DNA of 64,000 nucleotides from Isurus oxyrinchus. Its lineage: Eukaryota. The DNA lies in NCBI GenBank assembly GCA_026770705.1, contig JANJGN010000011.1, positions 112,778,001 to 112,842,000 on the forward strand, in the 5' to 3' direction. Made by a program: the position numbers and the translations under genes. Under the pieces are notes generated by a model, which saw only the letters and a list, made by a program, of their open reading frames with translations, was not told the DNA's origin and did no database searches. Shown here in pieces: positions 1 through 13,930 of this stretch. Positions within the stretch are counted from its first letter, which is position 1. Each line of letters begins with the position of its first letter.

Positions 1-969
1 AGACCTAGAGGCTCCCCTTCCACAATCTCATCACCATGAATAGGACATGTGTTGTAATTCTTAGTATGCGCCCAACTGCATCTCCTGCACATTGCCCCCA
101 GAATAGTCATAGGCATCTAAGAGCAACACATGGTGCGGAGGAGAACCCATCTCCTCATGAACCACTGAGGCTGATGTAAGCATGGGCACTATCTGCTTGC
201 CCACCCAGCATATGAGAAATGTGCAACATGATTCAATGTAGTCAGGACAGTAAGAATTGGTGGGGTGTGTGGGGGGTTGGGGGGGGGGGGGTGCGTAGGG
301 GGGGGGGTGGTGGCGGGTGCTGGGGGGGCTCAAAAGCTAAGGCTCCCTGCTGGGTTAAATGTGTAACGCCAGCATTGTCCTCATGCTGCCAGAGTGCAAC
401 AAGTCGTTGAAGCGCTTGCGACACTGGATCCAGGTGCACCGCACCACGTCGCGGGAGCTCACCACTTCCGCCACCTCCTCCCAGGTACGTTTGGTCATGT
501 GGGGGGGCTTCCTTCTCCTATTCTGGGGTCCAACATCTCCCACTGTGCTGCCACCTCCTCAAGGGGGTCAGCAAGGCAATCATCAGAAAAGCGAGGGGCA
601 CATTGGACACCTGCTGACCTACGCTGCAGCCTGCCATGCTCCTCTGTCCTTCCCTCCAGACTGCCCTGCTGAGCAGACCCCCTGCGGTTGGATCTCCAGG
701 TGGCCATTGTGAACAGCCTACAGGAGGCTGCCAGGCCTTCTTTTAAATAGACTGCTGGGTCGCCATTGGACCCGGCGGTCTGTGCATGCCTGTTGCAGCC
801 AGCACACTACCACTATCCACGGGAGTTGGAAATATGCTGGGTGAACCTTAATTGGCCCGCCCGCGCAAAATGGCGGCACGGCTCCAATCGCTGGCGCCGA
901 TTGGGTCCGCGCCCGCCTGTGTCTGCTCCTGCTCCACCCACCCGCCCCCCAAATGGAAAATTTTGGCCC
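1..969 (-). mobile_element. PIF/Harbinger element end with degenerate Myb/SANT-like DNA-binding gene
   Basis: Frameshifted minus-strand ORFs 495-707 (CAPRFSDDCLADPLEEVAAQW) and 355-543 (RRKPPHMTKRTWEEVAEVVSSRDVVRCTWIQCRKRFNDL) match the Myb/SANT-like pattern. TIR-like end GGAAAATTTTGGCCC at 955-969 abuts CR1 sequence. Confidence 0.8.
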
Positions 970-1482
970 ATGATATGATTGGGCAGAATCAACATGGATT
1001 TATGAAAGGGAAATCATGCATGACAAGCCTGTTGGAGTTTTTTGAGGACATTACTTGTAGCATAGATAAATGAGAATCAGTGGATGTAGTGTATTTGGAT
1101 TTGCAGTAGGCTTTTGATAAGGTCCCAAACAGGAGGTTAATAAGCAAAGTTAGAGTACATGGGATTGGAGGTAATATATAGCTATGGATTGAGAATTGGT
1201 TAATAGGCAGAAAACTAAGAGCAGGAATAAATGGGTCATTCTCAGGGATGACAGGCTGTTACTGGTGCAGTACCGCAAGGATTAATGCTGGGGCCACTGC
1301 TGTTCAGAATCTATATGAATGATTTGGATATGGGGACTAAATGTAATATGTCCAAATTTGCTGATGACACAAAACTAGGTGGGAATGTAAATTGTGGGTA
1401 GGATACGAGGAGGCTTCAAGGGGACTTGCATAGGCTAAGTGAATGGGCAAGAACATTGACAGTTGGAATACAATGTGAATAA
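970..1482 (+). mobile_element. CR1 LINE reverse transcriptase fragment (degenerate)
   Basis: IGQNQHGFMKGKSCMTSLLEFFE, VDVVYLD..AFDKV and [10 protein letters not shown] motifs with stops. Confidence 0.9.
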
Positions 1483-2520
1483 GATCTGGAGAGGAACTTG
1501 CAGTGGGAGGGGGAGGACCCAACTGTCTTGGTCCATGTTGGTGCCAGCAACATAGCCAAGACAAAAAAGAAGGTTCTGCAGAGCCAGTATGAGGAGCTTA
1601 GTACCAAGTTAAGATTAAGAACCTCAAGGCTCATAACCTCTGCAGCCACGTGCAAATTGACATAGGATGAATCAGATTAGGGAGATGAAGCGTGGCTCAA
1701 AGCCTGGTGTAGGAGAAATCGGTTCCAATTTGTGGGTCACTGACACCAATGCTGGGGAAATGTAGCCTGTACTGTTGGGACAGTCTATACCTGAACTGTG
1801 CTGGGACCGGTATTCTTACAAGCCACATAACTAAGGAAGTAGAGAGAGTTTTAAATTAAGTGGTGGGGACAAGGGTGCAAATCTGGGAAGATGATGTAAA
1901 TCAAAGAGTAGAGACAAGGCAAAAGAGAAATGTGTTATTACAGGAAATGAAAAACAGGCCATGACAGGAAGAGATAGAGAGCACAAATTTAACTGTAAAT
2001 CAACAGATGAGACTAGAGGTTATCAAAAGAATAAAAGGATAAAACCAAAGGCTTTGTATCTGAATGCACAAAGTATTCAAAACAAAACAAATGAACTGAG
2101 AGCACACAGAAATAAATAAGCATGCTTTGATAGCCAATACAGAGACATAGCTGCAGGAGGACATCGGTTGGGACCTAAATATTAAAGGGCATAGGACATT
2201 TAGGAAGGACAGGAAGTGAGAAAAAAGTGGACGGGTAGCTCTGTTAGTTAACCATGGTATTAGCACAATAGAGAGGGATGTCCTAAGTTCAGGAAACCAG
2301 GATATGCAAAAGGTTTGGGTAGAGATGAGAAGTGGTAAAGGCAAGAAGTCATTTGTGGGAGTCATGTATAGGCCCCTAATAGTAGCAACATGGTAGGATA
2401 GAGAATAAAGGAAGAAATAATGGGAGCTTGTCAAAAAGGCACAGCGATAGTCATGGAAGATTTTATCTACATATAGACTGGAAAAGTCAGATGGGCAAAG
2501 GTACCCTAGATAGGCAGTTT
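1483..2520 (+). mobile_element. CR1 LINE fragment: ORF1 SGNH-esterase C-terminus and ORF2 endonuclease start
   Basis: VLVHVGASNI (VHVGTND-like) near 1525; LYLNAQSIQNK near 2053, followed by endonuclease-like remnants. Confidence 0.8.
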
Positions 2521-2559
2521 CTAGGATTCCAGTGAATCCAGGTTTCCAGTGAATACAGG

Positions 2560-5503
2560 CCTAGTCGGCCCAATCTCTTCTCATCCAACAACGCTCCCAG
2601 GAATCAGTCTGGTGAACCTTCGCTGTACTCCCTCTATGACAAGTATATCCTTTCTTAGGTAAAGAGACCAAAACTGCACACGGTACTCCAGGTATGGTCT
2701 TACCAAGGCCCTGTACAGCTGCACTATGACATTCTTGCTCCTGTACTCAAGTCCTCTCGCAATGAAGGCCAACATAGCATTTGCCTTCTTAACTGCTTGC
2801 TGCACCTGCATGCTTGTTCTCAGTGATTGGTGTACAAGGACACCCAGGTCCCTTTGTGCAACAATATTTCCCAATCTGTCACCATTTAAATAATACTGTC
2901 ATTCAGTTTTTCCTACTGAACTGGGTAACTTCAACTTTTCCACATTATACTGCATCTGCCATGTATTTGCCCATTCACTCAACCTGTCTAAATTGACTTG
3001 AAGCCTCTTAACACCCTCCTCACTACTCACACTCTTGCCAATTTTGGTGTCATCAGCAAACATGGAAATATTACATTTGGTTCCCTTATCCAAATCATTG
3101 ATATATATTGTGAATAGCTGGGTCCCAAGCACTGATCCCTGCTGCACCCCACTGGCCATATGAAAAATACCTCTTTATTCCTACTCTGTTTCCTGTCTGC
3201 TAACCAATTCGCAATCCATGTCAATATATTATCCCCAATCCCATGTGCTTTAATTTTACACACTGACCTGTTAATTGTGAATCTATCAATGCTTTCTGAA
3301 AATCTAAATACACCACATCTACTGGTCCCCCCTTATCTATTCTGCTAGTTACGTTCTCAAAATCTCCAGTCGGCTTTTCAAACATGATTTCCCTCTCATA
3401 AATCCACGTTGACTTTGTCTAATTCGTTGATATTTTCTAAGTGTCCTGTTATCAGATCCTTTATAATATACTCTAGCATTTTCCCTACTACTGATGTTAG
3501 GCTAACCGGTCTATAATTCATTAGTTTCTCCCTCTCTCCTTTTTTTAAATAGTAGGGTTACATTTGCCACCCTTCAATTTGCCAGGACTGTTCTAGAATC
3601 TTCAGAATGTTGGAAGATGACAACCAACGCATCTACTATTCCCATGGCCACCTCCTTTAGTACCCTGGGATGTAGATTATCAGGCCCTGGGGATTTATTG
3701 GCTTTCAGTCCAATTAATTTCTGCAGAGCTATTGTTTTTGTAACACTAATTTACTTCAATTCCTCCTTTGCACTAGACCCTTGGTTCCCTGGCATTTCTG
3801 GGAAGTTATTTATGTCTTCCTCCGTGATCACAGAACTAAAGCAGTTGTTTAATTGCTCTGCCATTTCCTTGTTCTCTATTATAAATTCTCCTGTTTCAGA
3901 TTGTAAAAGACCTACATTTGTCTTTGCTAATCTTTTTCTTTTTACATACTTATAGAAGCTTTTACAGTCTGCTTTTATGTTCCTTGCAAGTTTACTCTCA
4001 TGCTCTATTTTCCCCCTCTTAATCAATCTCTTGGCCCTCCTTTGTTGAATTCCAAACTTCTCCCAATCCTCAAGCTTGCTACTTTTTCTAGCAACTTTAT
4101 ATGACTGCTCTTTAGATCTAATACTATCCTTAATTTATTTTGTTAGTCATGGTTGGGCTGCTTCTCCTGTTGTCTTTTTGCACCAGGAAGGAATGTATAA
4201 CTGGTGTAATACATACATCCATTCCTTAAATTTTAGCCATTGCTTATTCACCGTCATGCTTTTTAATGAAATTCTCCAATCTACCTTAGCCAACTCACGC
4301 CTCATACCTTCGTGGTTTACTTTGTTTAGATTTAGTACCCTAGTTTCAGCTTGGACTACCTCGCTTTCCATTCTAATAAAGAATTCTTTCATATTATGGT
4401 CACTGTTCCCTAAAGAACCCCGCAGAACAAGATTATCAATTAACCCCTTTTCATTACTAAATCTAAGCCTGTTCCCTAGTCAGTTCCTCGACATACTGGT
4501 CTAAAAAACATCTTATACACACTCCAGGAACTCTTCAGCCACAGTATTATTGCGAATTTGGTTTGCCCATTCTATGTGTAGATTAAAGCCACCCATGATT
4601 ACTGTAGCACCCTTGTTATACACATCTCTAATTTCCTTTTAATGCCATCCACTACTTTATCACTACTGTTTGGAAGCCATAGACAACTTCCACTAACGTT
4701 TTCCACCCCTTGTTGCTTCTTGGCTCCACCCAGACTGATTCTACATCTGGATTTTCTGAGCCAATATGCTCTCTCACTATCGCACTGATTTCATCCTTAA
4801 CTAGCAACACCATGCCACCCCCTTTCCTTTTTGCTTGTCCGTCCTAAATATAGAGCACCCTTGGATATTCCGTTCCCAGTCTTGGTCACCCTGCAGCCAA
4901 GTATCCGTAATTGAAATCATATTGCACCTGTTTACATCTATTTGCGCTATTTATTAATCTACCTTATTGCGAATGTTCTGTATATTCAGATATAGTGCCT
5001 TTAGACTTGTCTTTTTAACATTTTTACACGTCTTTTTTGTACCATAGCCCCATTTTCTGCTAGCCCTTGTTTCCTTTGCCTTCCACTTTTGCTCTTTACT
5101 TTTCTGTCTTTCATTCCTATCTTTGTTTCCCTCTCTTGTGTCTCCCCACTCAGGTTCCCACTCCACCTGCTGACCTAGTTTAACCCCTCCCCCACATTAC
5201 TACTGAATACCCCTGCAAGGATATTGGTCCTGGTCCTGCTGTGATGCAACCCGTCCAGCTTGTACAAGTCACATGTTCCCCAGAATTGGTCTCAATGTGT
5301 CAGGAATCTAAATCCCTCCCCTCCTACGCCATCTGTCCAGCCCCACATTCACCTAGTCTATTCTATTCCTGATCTTGCTAGCATGTGGCACTGGGAGTAA
5401 TCCTGAGGTTATTACCTTTGAGGTCCTGCTTTTTAATTTACTTCCTAGTTCCCTATATCCTGCTTTCAGGACCTCATCCGTCTTTTTACCTATGTCATGC
5501 TGG
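2560..5503 (-). mobile_element. CR1 LINE, 3' part (ORF2 EN-RT and end of ORF1), interrupted by the Copia insertion
   Basis: ORFs 2581-2874 (QRDLGVLV..KKANAML..LYRALVRPYLEY..EGVQRRFTRLIPG), 2899-3159 (QGSVLG..LFTIYINDL..FADDTKI), 3751-4026 and 4954-5166 (LYLNIQNIRNK). Confidence 0.92.
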
Positions 5504-5746
5504 TGTTACTCTCAATAAGTGCTTGTGGTGGAAGAAAAAAATCGAAAACTAGTCTTTTTCCACAAGTTGGTTTATTCTTTAGACAGTTCTTCAGTGTAAC
5601 AGAATTCTTAGTACCTCCCACACCAGAGTGTTCCAGCTGTATCTATTCATACTGTTTTTATGAGAGAACCAATGCCCATCACCTGTTTAACTAACTATTG
5701 TCTTTAACAATAATTGCTATGCAATATAATTACTGATATATTGACA
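5504..5746 (-). repeat. 3' LTR of the Copia element
   Basis: TGTTACT...TTGACA; direct repeat of 14669-14913. Confidence 0.92.
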
Positions 5747-8700
5747 GATTCTCTTTTCTTTTTAAAATAAAGCTTTTGAAAAATTAAATAACATTCTTTT
5801 TGAAACAAACAAAAGGAAATAAAGTCATGTATTTTCACTTTTATAGATCCCTCATTTCCTTCACCAAATATATATATAAACAATTATAAATCAAAAAAAG
5901 CATATTTATAAGTTTCTCCATTTCATCATTATAACATAGGACACCCCTCTTCCAATATAATTAGTAATTTCTTGGAGTAGGCATTTCTTTTCACAAAACA
6001 GTCTGTTAGTTGGTGACTTGTGTCAACTCATCATATCTTAAAGGTCTCTTTCTCCCTAGCATTTCTTTTAAGCTAGCTACGTCTATTCTTAGCCTTTTAT
6101 CAGCAACACTTTTCCTCAAATTAACATTATCCCAAAGAAACCAGTTGTCAACATAACATTCTATGGGCAACCTTTTCCCACATTGCCCCTATATAATATT
6201 TGTCAAAGTAAACCCCCATATCTACTGCATTTACTATTTTCAGCATTTCAGCAGCTAAGGTGCTTTTCGTTACCCTTTTTATTTTCTTGGCCTCCCAAGC
6301 CAGCAGGCAACATTTATCATTCTTTCCTACCAAGAATATGATAAAACATGCTGTGCTAGAATACCCACCTGGAAGATTACCATGTGAAGCATTGCTAAAA
6401 ATGACAAATTTCATATCTTCTGGCCTACCTAAGGCTGGAAACTTGAGTGTGCATCTTTCTGAATTTAATTTCTTTAATATTTTTTTGCTCTCAGAGCTTC
6501 CCCAACTCTAGCATGATCATAGTAATCAGCTCCAACACATCATAACTAGCATCAGGTCTAGTCTGAGTGCACAACCAGTTCAACTGCCCAGTCAAACTTC
6601 TCAATTGTCCTGTTTCTTCCTTGGAAGCAGGATCTTCTTTTTGTGAGGACCTAACCTGATTTATAGGAATGTGATTAACATTTTTTAGATAAGATTGTTG
6701 ATTTAGTGTTACTCCTGACTTGCTCTGCTCAATATCTAAACCAATGTGTTTAAAGGTCCCTGAAGCTTGACTGCAAACGCAGAATTCCTTCTTTATCTTG
6801 TTGATTGCCCAATGCTCAAATTCTACAGAGCCTCCTCGCAGGAAATCATGAATATGCATGATAAAGATTCCTGCTAGTTTCTCCTTATGGTATCAGTAGA
6901 ACATTGTAGGATCTGTCTTTAACTGAATGCAACCAGATTTCAACAGGACAGACCTCACTCTAGATGAATCATTCAATCCATAAACGCACTTGTTCAATTT
7001 CCACAGCTTTCCTTCTACACCCCCAGTTTCTTTAGGTGGTTTCAAAAATACTTCTCATTGAAAAGTCTCCCCTTGCAAAAACGCAGCCTTTATATCAATC
7101 ATTTGCACTCCCAGAAATATGATGCTAAAATAGCTAAACAAATCTTCAAACTCACTTTCCCTGCAGCAGACGAGTCCACCATAACATCCTGATCCCCAAG
7201 TCTTTCTTCAAAGCTCCTGGCTAATAATCTCACTTTAGCCTTGTATGTTCTAACTAGGAGTATCTTTTCTGTACAGATCCACCTGTGAGATAGGGCTGGC
7301 TGTCCCCTGTCAGGTATTTCAGTATATACTGCAAATTCCTTCCAACTCTGTTTGGCTTTCCTGTGTCAGCTTATTTTCCAATTTATTAGCAGCTACTAAA
7401 ACCTATCGGTCTTAAGGACTTCTACTTTTATTGACATCCCTAGCTTGATCTATCGCCCTTGTTCTTGTCAAGCTACGACCTCTGCTCACATTCCTCACTC
7501 TTTCTGGGCTACTAATATATGATCTTTCTCCCATGTGAACAGAATCCCATTCGCAAGTATATGGTTTTTTTCTGGGGTCACGACCGCTTTCTGGCCTACT
7601 GTCAGAATTCATATTGTGCTTTCTGGGCTTTTTCATCTTTACCTCAGTTTGCCAATCCATAGGTCTTATCTCCTGCCTTTCATCCTGTACATTTAGCCAA
7701 TGTTTGTATTTACCAGTGGTCTTTTCTACTCGCCCTATGATGGTGGCATCCCTCTGCACACTGGTCCCTTCAGGCATGTATATTACCTTTGTTCCTACTT
7801 TTGGTAGTTGCCCTTTTGGACGAGCAGCGTCATCCTGTACTTCAGTGTCACTGTTCAGAACCGATAAAGGTATAGTCAGTACCAATGAATCTTGAAGAAT
7901 GTGCCCTAACAATTTCATAGCCGTGTTGCACAATTACTACTTTTCCATCATTCCTTATCACCTTGCCAGGTCCTTTCCACTCTTTCCAGCCTTCCTGTTG
8001 TAATATATCAATTTCCTTGCCTAAACTGCATTCCTGATGGGCTTATTGGTGCCTTAGGGCTTGCCAAATCTTCTTCAAAACCTCAACTTTAATGAAAACT
8101 TTTCTGTCTGCATGCAAAGCATCCAGATGAGCAGAAAAAAGTGGAGCTAATGCTAGTCCCTTCTAGAGCAGAGAGAGCATTTAATAACACTGAAGGCTAC
8201 TTCAATTCCTTCCGTACACCATGTGGTACAGACTGTACCCCCCAACCATTTGCAAAGAGTTCTTTGTGTGCACTGTCCATGCCAGTGCCATTTGCAATTT
8301 GCAATCTGGTTGATTATCCAATATTTTAACATGTCATCTATCACCACATGGTTTTTCTTGCAGAGACCATTACTAAATGAGCTATTAGCTGCAGTGTGCA
8401 TAAGTATGATGTTCAAATTTTCACACATCTCAAAATTTCTCATTGGTGAATTCCCCAACATTATCTGTCAGGAATTTTGTTGGTGTTCCTAATCCTGTTC
8501 CCACCTATTTCTCCATGACCTTATCAACAATGGTCCATTTGCCCGTACTATATATTACAGTGGATAGGCTAAATCTGGTTGCCATATCTAGGAAGTGTAG
8601 TAAAAAAAAATGCCCCTATCCTTGTCCCAAACTTTTAAGTCTGTTGCCACTAGGTCATTAAATACTCTGGCTAGTGGCAAGCTCACAATTGGGCATGGTG

Positions 8701-9689
8701 GTGTCTTGCAATATTTAATACAAATTTCACACTGAGCAATGATTTGTTCAGTTAAGTCATCGTATCCTTTATCAACCACTCCCACTTCTTGCAATAGAGT
8801 TTTGAGTTTCTAGGTGTAGATGTGCAAACTGTGTATGTGTAATTTCCAAATGATCCTTTTGTCCACCAAATTCTTATTCCCAGAAGTTAACAAAACTTCA
8901 TGAACTTTTGATGAGAAATATCTGGCTTCCTTAATGGCAGGCAGTAATGGCCTGACCAAGTAAAATGTAGATCCACATTTTTTCCAAACACAACCGCTTA
9001 AATCATTCCTCATGTCTAGCGTCACCTGAGCCTTTTACATCACAGATCAACTTAACAATAGTGATATCTCGCTAGAAACCACATCAGTACTGATGAACAG
9101 GATGATCCCTGCTGTCTTACAAGAGAGGACTACCCTTTTAGAGGATGTTAATGTGTTATCATCTCCAAACCTGAAGCAGGTAGAGCTTTCATCCTCCTTG
9201 ACATTCTGCCGGTCTACCTCATCAAGAGACTCCAAATAGCAGTTAAGCCAATCCATCCCACACACCATGGAAGTGCAGCTGCTGTCGAGAACTGTACTGT
9301 TGAAGGAATCGACCATCAAGATACTCATCATTTGATTCAAACCCTCAGTAACCAATACAGTTCCATCATGGCAGTTACCATTATCATTTTCAGCCTCAGA
9401 CGAATCCGTCTCGTTGGTTACTTCAAAATCACAATTCTTTTATTGTGGGTGATTCATTCGCATAATGATACTGAGAATCACACTGAAAACATTGATTAAC
9501 CATTCCCCGTGCATTTTTTTTAAATTAAACACCTACGGTCACCAGCCCAGACTTGTTTTTTGTCCCGACTCTCAAATTGGCTAGGGTTCACTGTTCACAG
9601 ACCTCCTGTCATTAACCCCGTCTTTGTAGTGGAATCTTTGTCTAATATTTGGTCGATCGTGAAATTCAGCCACCATAGAATCCTCCATA

Positions 9690-11750
9690 AATATAAAGGC
9701 AAAACACTGCAGATGTTGGAACCTGAAACAAAAACAAAAAATGCTGGAAAAACTCTGCCAGTCTGACAGCATCTGTGGAGAGAAAGACAGAGTTAACGTT
9801 TTGAGACCATAAGACTTCTTCAGAGCTAAAAGGAAGTAGAAATGTGGTGAAATATATACTATTTAAAGGGTGGGGGGGTGTGGAACAGCTGAAGCTGGAT
9901 GGAAGGCCAACGATAGGTGGAGGCAAAGGAGAGGTTGCGAAAGCAATCAAACAAAATGTCAAAGGGTTGTTAATAGTGGTGGTAAGAGTGGAAAGCAGAA
10001 TGTGATAACAGCAGGACCAGGGTAAGCACTCTTGAAAGTGACAGACAGCCCTAGCTGGGGTAGGGTAGGGGGAGGGGACGGTGGTGGGAAAAAAGATCAA
10101 AAAGTCTAAAGGCTGGGGATAAAACAATGAATAAAAATGGAAATAAATTTAAAAATAAGAATAAGGAAAATGAGTGGGGACAAAACATTAAAAAATAAAA
10201 ATGAATATAGAAATAAAGAGGGGGATCAAAAAGGCGTGGAGATGGAGGAGAGAGTTCATGGTCTGAAGTTGTTGAACTTAATGTTATGTATGGAAGGCTG
10301 TAAAGTGCCTAATTGGAAGATGAGGTGCTGTTCCTCCAGTTTGCGTTGGGCTTCACTGGAACATTGCAGCAGGCCAAGGACAGACATGTGGGGATGAGAG
10401 CAGGATGGGGTGTTGAAATGGCAAGCGACAGGAAGGTCTGGGTCATGCTTGTGGACAGACCGAAGGTGTTCTGCAAAGCAGTCACCCAGTCTGCGTTTGG
10501 TCTCTCCATTGTGGAGAAGACTGCATTGGAAGTAGCGAATGCAGTAGACCAAATTGAGGGAAGTGCAAGTGAAGCACTGATTTGCTTGAAAGAAGTTTTT
10601 AGGCCCTTGGATGGTGAGGAGGGGGGAAGTAAAGGAGCAGGTGTTGCACCTTCTGTGATTGCATAGGAAGATGTGTGGGAGGGGGTTGAGGTGTTGGAGA
10701 ATGATGGAGGAGTGGAACAGGGTGTCCTTGAGGTAACGGGCCCTACAGAATGGCAACAGGAGTGGTGGATGAAGTGAAGATGTGTTTGGTGGTGGGATCA
10801 TGCTGCAGTTGGCAGAAATGGCGGAGGATGTTCCTTTGAGTGCGGAGACTGGTGGGGTGAAAAGTGAGGACAGGAGGGACCCTATCATGGTTCTGGGATG
10901 GGGAGGAAGGTGTGAGGACAGTGGCGCGGGTGATGGGTCGGACATGGTTGAGGGCCCTGTCAACCACCGTGGGTGGGAAACCTTGATTAAGGAAGAAGGA
11001 AGACATGTCAGAAGCACTGTTTTGGAAGGTGGCATCATTGGAAGGTGAAGGAATTGAGAGAATTGAGTGGAATCCTTACAGGAAGCAAGGTGTGAGGAGC
11101 TGTAATTGAGGTAGCTGTGGGAGTCGTTGGGCTTGTAATGAATGTTGGTGGACAGTTTATCACCAGAAATTGAGACAGAGAGGTCAAGGAAGGGAAAGGA
11201 AGTGTCAGTGATGGACCATGTGAAAGTGATGGAGGGGTGGAAATTGGAAGCAAAATTGACAAATTTTTCCAGGTCCAGACGAGACCATGAAGCAGCACCG
11301 AAACAGACATTGAGGTACCGAGAAAAGAATTGTAGGAGGGGGCCAGAGTAGGACTGGAACAAGGAATGTTCCACATACCTCATAGAGAGACAGGCATAAC
11401 TGGGGCCCATGCAGGTACCCATAGCCACATCTTTTATTTGGAGGAAGTGAGACAAGTTTAAGGGGAAGCTATTCAGTGAGAGAACTAGTTCAACCAGATG
11501 GAGGAGAGTGGTGGTGGATGGGAATTGTTCGGGCCTCTGATCAAGAAAGAAGCGGAGAGCCCTCAGACCATCCTGGTGGGGGATAGAGGTGTAGAGGGAT
11601 TGGATGTCCATGATGAAGAGGAGGCAGTTAGGGCCAGGGAACTGGAAATTGTTGATATGATACTGGGCATCAGAGGAATTGCGGAAATAGGTGGGGAAAG
11701 ATTGGACGTAGAGACAATGAGAAAGTGCATCCATGTCTCCTGGATCATTA
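9690..11750 (-). mobile_element. Penelope-like retroelement (RT + GIY-YIG endonuclease), 5'-truncated, inserted in Copia gag
   Basis: ORF 10256-11755: MDIQSLYTSIPH, VAMGTCMGPSYACL, FPFLDL, NLVYCI..GETKRRLGDCFAEHL..PVACHFN..EQHLIFQLGTLQP. 3' terminal region carries a hammerhead remnant. Confidence 0.93.
9790..9828 (-). ncRNA. Degenerate minimal hammerhead ribozyme motif of a Penelope pLTR
   Basis: Reverse complement AGCT-CTGAAGA-AGTCTTATGGTCTC-AAAA-CGTT-AACT; the GAAA core is mutated to AAAA. Confidence 0.55.
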
Positions 11751-11759
11751 TGCATTCAT

Positions 11760-13202
11760 CCTTGCAAATGCAATGGTCAAGCCGTGTTGCAAAATTGAAT
11801 CACTTACCATTCAGCACTGCTAAGGCTGCTGGGAGAACAGTGCTGACCTCATTGCTGGGCATGGATGACATGCCGGTCGTGGTACCCCAGCTTCAACGAC
11901 ACCAATGGATCTGGGTGCATGGTGTCTCTCCAAACCCAGGGCCTCCTGTTCATACTGGCTGAGAATGGCTAACTGTGCCTGGCCGCTGCCAGTCCTCGCA
12001 CGCTCTACAGCATTATGTGCATTCTTCTACTGAAAATGAGAGAAGAGCATTGATTAGTGCAAATTGAACATGGACTCTCTTCACGCACAGCACAACCCAG
12101 CCAGAGTGAGACATATCAGGGCTCCAGTGCCTCTTCACCCCGCTGCTGCCGAACACTCACTCAAAGATGCTTGGCCTGTTACCCACACCGCCCACCCCCA
12201 CCCTCCCTTGGACATATGCTGCCTGCATCACATTAGGCAACACGTGGTATATCCTTCTATAACAAGGAGGCACAAGCATGTGGAGTGCAGAGGGCAGCAG
12301 ATGGTTCATTGCCATGTCACCTTGAAGATCCTCACCCAGCATGTCATTACCTGGACATTTCCTGGGGATCAAACATAGCGCCTAGGTGCAGCTTCTCCAA
12401 AATACTCATGTGGGCCTCAGTATACCACATGCTGCGGGCGCAGAACCCATCTCTTCACCATCCTCTCAGGCTGACCTCAGCATGGTCAATATCTGCTGGC
12501 CCACCCAGCAAAGGACACACACCATCAATGATTCAATGCAGTCACTACATTCAGACTTGGGGGGCGGGGAGCAGCAGGAGGAAAGCCGACCTGCTGAGCT
12601 AAGTAACCGATGCCAACATTGTCCTCACCCTGCCAGAGTGTAACAAGCCGTTGAAGCATTTGAGACATTGGATCCAGATGCACTGCACCACGTCACAGGA
12701 GTCATTACCTCCGCCACCTCCTCCCAGGCATGTTTCGTCATGTGGGGGGGCCTCCTCCTCCCGTCCTGATGAACCAGCACCACCCTCCATGCTGCCACCT
12801 CCTCGAGGGGGACAGCAAGGAAGCCATCGGAAAAGCGAGAGGCACACTGACACCCTAGCATCCGGCCTGGCCTGCTCCAATGGCCTACCCTCTGGACTTG
12901 CATAACATTGCCCTGCTGCAGAGCCCTTCGCCCAGCCATTGCCAGCAGCCTTTCCAAGGCTTCCAGTCCTTCCTTTATATAGGCCGCCGGGTTGCCATTG
13001 GACCTCGCGGGCTGAGTGCGCCCGCCACCACCCCACCCACTCCCGCTATGCACAGGATTGCAAAGTAAGCTAGGCGGGTGTTAATTGGCCCGCCCGCGTA
13101 AAATGGCGGAGCGGAAGTAATCGCGAGCGGTGATCAGGTCCACGCCCGCCCGCTCCGCCCCCCCACTCCCCCATCCCCCTACCAGCCAGAAAATTCAGCT
13201 CC
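11760..13202 (-). mobile_element. Harbinger fragment with Myb/SANT-like gene, same family as 1-969
   Basis: ORF 12625-13053 CASRFSDGFLAVPLEEVAAWR..RRRPPHMTKHAWEEVAEV; nucleotide similarity to 1-969; TIR-like GAAAATTCAGCTCC near 13190-13202. Confidence 0.8.
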
Positions 13203-13930
13203 AAGAGTGAAAAGCAGAACATGATAAGGGCAGGACCAGGGTGAGCACTCTGGAAAGTGACAGACGGCCCTGGTAGGGGGTGGGGTAGGGGGAGGGGACT
13301 GTGGTGGGAAAAAGATCAAAAAGGCTAAAGGCTCGGGATAAAACAATGAATAAAATTGGAAATAGATTTTAAAAAATAATAATAATGAAAATTAATAGGA
13401 AGAATAAATAAAAAAATAAAAATTAAAAAAATAAAAATGAATGTAGAAAAAAGGGTGAATCAAAAAGGGGTGGGGATGGAGGAGAGAGTTCATGGTCTGA
13501 GGACCTCAATGTTAAGTCCAGAAGATTGTAAAGTGTCTAGTCAGAAGGTGAGTTGCTGTTCCTCCTGCTTGCTTTGAGCTTCACTGGAACATTGCAGCAG
13601 GCCAAGGACGGACATGTGGGCATGAGAGCAGGGTGGTGTGTTGAAATGGCAAGCAACAGGGAGGTCTGGGCCATGCTTGCAGACAGACCAAAGGTGTTCC
13701 GCAAAGCAGTCACCCAGCCTGTGTTTGGTCTCTCCAATGTAGAGGAGGCCGCATTGGGAGCAGCGAATGCAGTAGACCAAATTGAGGGAAGTGCTGAAAG
13801 GAATGTTTAGGCCCTTGGATGGTGAGGAGGGGGGAAATAAAGGGGCAGGCATTGCATCTTCTGTGATTGTATGGGAAGGTGCCGTGGGAGGGGATTGAGG
13901 TGTTGGGGGTGATGGAGGAGTGGATCAGGG
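13203..13930 (-). mobile_element. Second partial-tandem copy of the Penelope 3' region (GIY-YIG and part of the pLTR)
   Basis: Direct repeat of ~9984-10722; ORF 13541-13852 NLVYCIRCSQCGLLYIGETKHRLGDCFAEH. Confidence 0.88.

Noticed and set aside
262-328. G-rich tract as a functional G-quadruplex
   Set aside because: Homopolymer G runs inside a Harbinger relic; no evidence of function, and such runs are error-prone in assemblies.
10256-11755. 499-aa ORF as an intact functional gene
   Set aside because: It is a 5'-truncated Penelope RT/GIY-YIG. The catalytic YIDD reads YLNV and the central part is out of frame relative to the copy at 52300-52900.
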